DNA of 64,000 nucleotides from Methanothrix sp. (GTDB lineage Archaea; Halobacteriota; Methanosarcinia; Methanotrichales; Methanotrichaceae): NCBI GenBank assembly GCA_963682135.1, contig OY821645.1, positions 1,952,001 to 2,016,000 of the forward strand, read 5' to 3'. Shown piece by piece: positions 57,515 to 64,000 of this stretch (position 1 is its first letter; each line of letters starts with the position of its first letter). The notes under the pieces were generated by a model. It saw only the letters and a program-made list of their open reading frames with translations, ran no database searches and was not told where the DNA came from. The position numbers and the translations under genes were made by a program.

Positions 57515-57844
57515 CAGTGATTTTTTCTGATCCATCTCGAAACCATTCGCCCATGCTCCTGCTTACGGATCTTCGGCCTTTCCAGCGTAGTCCCGAAACA
57601 TTTAAGTAAAAGCAAATTGATTAAAGAAAAGTATATTGGAATAAGTGATTATTCCATGCGTCCATTCAGAACCTGGGGTGAGGGCCAACTGGCTGGCAGT
57701 CCGGCCCTCGCTCTGGATCTCCCTCGATATAGTCTTCTATTCAGATGTAAAATGTGGTATCTTACTATCAGTTTTTTCTTTTATTGTTTTTATCCGACCG
57801 AAAAAATCATATGGTCGATTAATTATGATCCCAATCAAGATTAT

Positions 57845-59338
57845 ATGGGGTGCTTGAAATTGGTTTTGCTTAAATCTGCGATAATAATATTCGCTTTGCT
57901 TGGCATATGCATGCTGCCGGCAATGGCATCAGAAATCTCCAAATTTGAATGGATTGGCAAGAATGCCGATAAGGTCGGCACATGGGACAACGGAGATCCT
58001 GATGGGAGCATGGATGGGCATTTTCTTATCGATCTGTTCTTTCCCGATCCAACAGAAATAAAGTCAATCCTGCTATACACATCAGACGAGAACGGCAATC
58101 CCGCAGGCGGGCAATTCTGGGATACGGCAGCCACCAATTACTATATCCTGGGTGTCTTCGATCAGGGCACACAGCTTAATCATAACCATGTGCCCTCTTT
58201 AGAGGCTTTTTCCGGGGATATCCAATTTGACCTCTATGCGGCTGATTCGGGTTGGTTTGAAAAAGGCAACTGGTTTGCAGCGGAGGTAACTCTGGGAGAC
58301 GGCACAAAAGTAACGAGGCTGACATCTATTGGAGAGCCCTTTGTAAACCCATCCGGACAGCTGGGCGACCCTAAGGTAGATGGCAAGTCTAAGATTAAAG
58401 GTATTCTGCAAGGCGATTCAAAATCATCTGGATCTGAAGATCAATCATCCGGTCAGGTCGATTCCGGTGCGGCGATCTTCAACACCTGGAATACCGGTGC
58501 CGTGGACAACAATCCCACCTGCAGCCCATTTTTCGCGATCTCACAGCCGCATATGATCACCTATATCGATACTTACCACTGGAACGGTGGCCAGGGCACA
58601 GCCCTAGGCGGAACCATCAGTCTGCAAAATGGAAATGGCGAGACCTTCGGCCCCTGGTCCGTTGAGGCAAAGCCAGCCTCCGGTGTAGATAATGCTTGGT
58701 GGATAGCTCACCCCAATGTGGTTATTCCGGAGGGAAACTACATGATTATCGATTCCCAGCCGGAGACGTGGTCCATGAACTCAGAATCACCCTGTGGGTT
58801 CGCTAAGGTTGAAGGGTATGCAGTACAAGCGGATCCTGTTCCTGAAGACGATCGCAGCGGGCAATCGGAAAGCAAAGGCACTGTTAGAGCCGACATAGTA
58901 GTAGATGGAGAATGCGATAATCCCATTGAGATCCTCACATCCGGTTGTGATGCAGGCTTACCTGACATTCCAGTGGAACTGACCTTTACGTATATACCAC
59001 CTGCTTATTCCGATGCTACGCCCGTTACTCTTCGCGAAATGACCGACGAGAATGGAATAGTCTACTTCAAGGATGTGCCAGCAGGTTCGAAGTTCATGCT
59101 CAAAACCAGGGTTAAGACCATGGAAAAGGAGCAGGAAGGAACCATGCCGGACCCGGCCAATGATGTGTATTTCACATTCGATTACCGATGCAAGGGATCT
59201 TGGCCCGAAGAGGTGAGAAGAGCAGCGGAGCAAAACACCGGGGTAGACTCGGAAGGGCGAATCAGCGGCATAGTCAATCCCGTCTGTGGCAATGAAGGGG
59301 TAATATGCAGTCCTGAATGTGGCCTATACCCTCTGTGA
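57845..59338 (+). CDS. Secreted multi-domain hypothetical protein
   Basis: Signal peptide from MGCLKL, beta-rich domains (I.TYHWN.G.G; TDENG.V.F..VP.G) and a Cys-rich tail. Confidence 0.7.
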   Translation: MGCLKLVLLKSAIIIFALLGICMLPAMASEISKFEWIGKNADKVGTWDNGDPDGSMDGHFLIDLFFPDPTEIKSILLYTSDENGNPAGGQFWDTAATNYYILGVFDQGTQLNHNHVPSLEAFSGDIQFDLYAADSGWFEKGNWFAAEVTLGDGTKVTRLTSIGEPFVNPSGQLGDPKVDGKSKIKGILQGDSKSSGSEDQSSGQVDSGAAIFNTWNTGAVDNNPTCSPFFAISQPHMITYIDTYHWNGGQGTALGGTISLQNGNGETFGPWSVEAKPASGVDNAWWIAHPNVVIPEGNYMIIDSQPETWSMNSESPCGFAKVEGYAVQADPVPEDDRSGQSESKGTVRADIVVDGECDNPIEILTSGCDAGLPDIPVELTFTYIPPAYSDATPVTLREMTDENGIVYFKDVPAGSKFMLKTRVKTMEKEQEGTMPDPANDVYFTFDYRCKGSWPEEVRRAAEQNTGVDSEGRISGIVNPVCGNEGVICSPECGLYPL

Positions 59339-59373
59339 AGTCTGAGATGTGTGATGAAGCAGGAATAGCAGTT

Positions 59374-59428
59374 CTTCACGGCTTCGCATGATATTAGCAA
59401 AGGTCTGTTTTCACGCGAAGGCGCGAAG
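59374..59428. repeat. Second CTTCGCG-type REP-like inverted repeat
   Basis: CTTCACGGCTTCGCATGA...TCACGCGAAGGCGCGAAG between convergent genes. Confidence 0.6.
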
Positions 59429-59557
59429 TCTGACATAATTTTTTTGAGTGGAGACGCGCCGCAAGTAAAGGATATCGGGGCTGCAAGACGTGGCAATGCC
59501 TGAGTTTTGTACGAATCTTTCCATCATGCCTTTTGACCTAATTCAGGCTTGAGTTAA

Positions 59558-63286
<3,729 letters not shown>

Positions 63287-63346
63287 AATCTTTGAGCAAT
63301 GAATAGATAGATAATCCTGAATAATCCAGACTTGTAACTGATAGAC

Positions 63347-63985
63347 ATGAAATCGGATGACGTAGAACTGAGTCGGTTTGCCTTTCTGGAAAAGGCAGCC
63401 GGGGATCTAGGTGCGATTGATGCTAAGGCCATTTACGCTTCCCAGGTATTTGTGGAAAACCGTGTTCCATTGAAATGCAAAACTGGCTGCATGGGTTACG
63501 GCAAGAAGCTGACCTGTCCGCCATTTGTGCCCACCGCGGACGAGTTCCGAAAGATCCTGTCCGAGTACCGGTACGCTCTGCTGGTGAAGTTCAGCTCTTC
63601 AGCCAATGCAAATCCGGATATCATCTGCTCCATTTACAGGTACTGGCTGGATCCGGATGCTCCGCCTGAGAAGAAAGAGACGGCTGATCTCTTCTGGAGA
63701 GAGTATCTGGGCGAGAACAAGCGGATACTGCTGGCCATGCTGGAGCTGGAGAAGACCGCATTCAATGCCGGATATACGCTGGCTTTGGCACTGACAAACG
63801 GCTCCTGCCGCCTGTGCGAGAACTGCAATGTTGAAAATGGAATATGCGTTCATCCAACCATGGCCAGGATTCCAGAGCATGCCGTGGGGGTCAATATGAA
63901 AAAGACAGCTGAAGGAGCAGGCATGGCCATAAAGTTTCCTGTTTCGGGAAACCCTACGCCCATGGCGCTACTTCTCATCGATTGA
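63347..63985 (+). CDS. DUF2284 family Cys-rich metal-binding protein
   Basis: KC..GC..YG..L.CPP..P, GSCRLCENC, C.HP..AR...AVG. Confidence 0.85.
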   Translation: MKSDDVELSRFAFLEKAAGDLGAIDAKAIYASQVFVENRVPLKCKTGCMGYGKKLTCPPFVPTADEFRKILSEYRYALLVKFSSSANANPDIICSIYRYWLDPDAPPEKKETADLFWREYLGENKRILLAMLELEKTAFNAGYTLALALTNGSCRLCENCNVENGICVHPTMARIPEHAVGVNMKKTAEGAGMAIKFPVSGNPTPMALLLID

Positions 63986-64000
63986 TTATCTCAAACATCT

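Overview
Chromosomal window from a methanogenic archaeon, most likely Methanothrix/Methanosaeta-like (inferred from methanogenesis marker 8, class I LysRS, archaeal-type GlyRS, archaeal Hsp20 and GGTGA RBS/TATA promoters). The housekeeping backbone (adk, glyS, hsp20, tRNA-Gln(CTG), Trm5/TYW2, pyrE, lysS, trpBA, xseAB, cbiMNQO, a PAS hybrid kinase) is interrupted by three accessory patches. (1) At 1-4.3 kb, a co-oriented defence-like cluster: hicB-hicA, a Bell-like helical protein and an NB-ARC/TPR NLR that share an F-x-GQTVHG-[ND]-QT-[VI]-I putative amyloid signalling motif, an AT-rich signal-less aerolysin/ETX-MTX2-like pore-former, and a decayed TPR remnant. (2) At 18.9-22.6 kb, an AT-rich island (SAMHD1/YwfO-like HD hydrolase, YwgA/SocA-like partner, membrane protein) lying between an intact dCMP deaminase and a 5'-truncated, GC-richer copy. 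(3) At 32-34 kb, a membrane protein plus Panacea/SocA antitoxin pair and a GvpU-like orphan. An 18.5-kb gene encodes a 6159-aa DUF11/SdrD-B repeat surface protein with higher-order repeat periodicity and a structured upstream region. All calls are from motif recognition by eye; no database searches were run.
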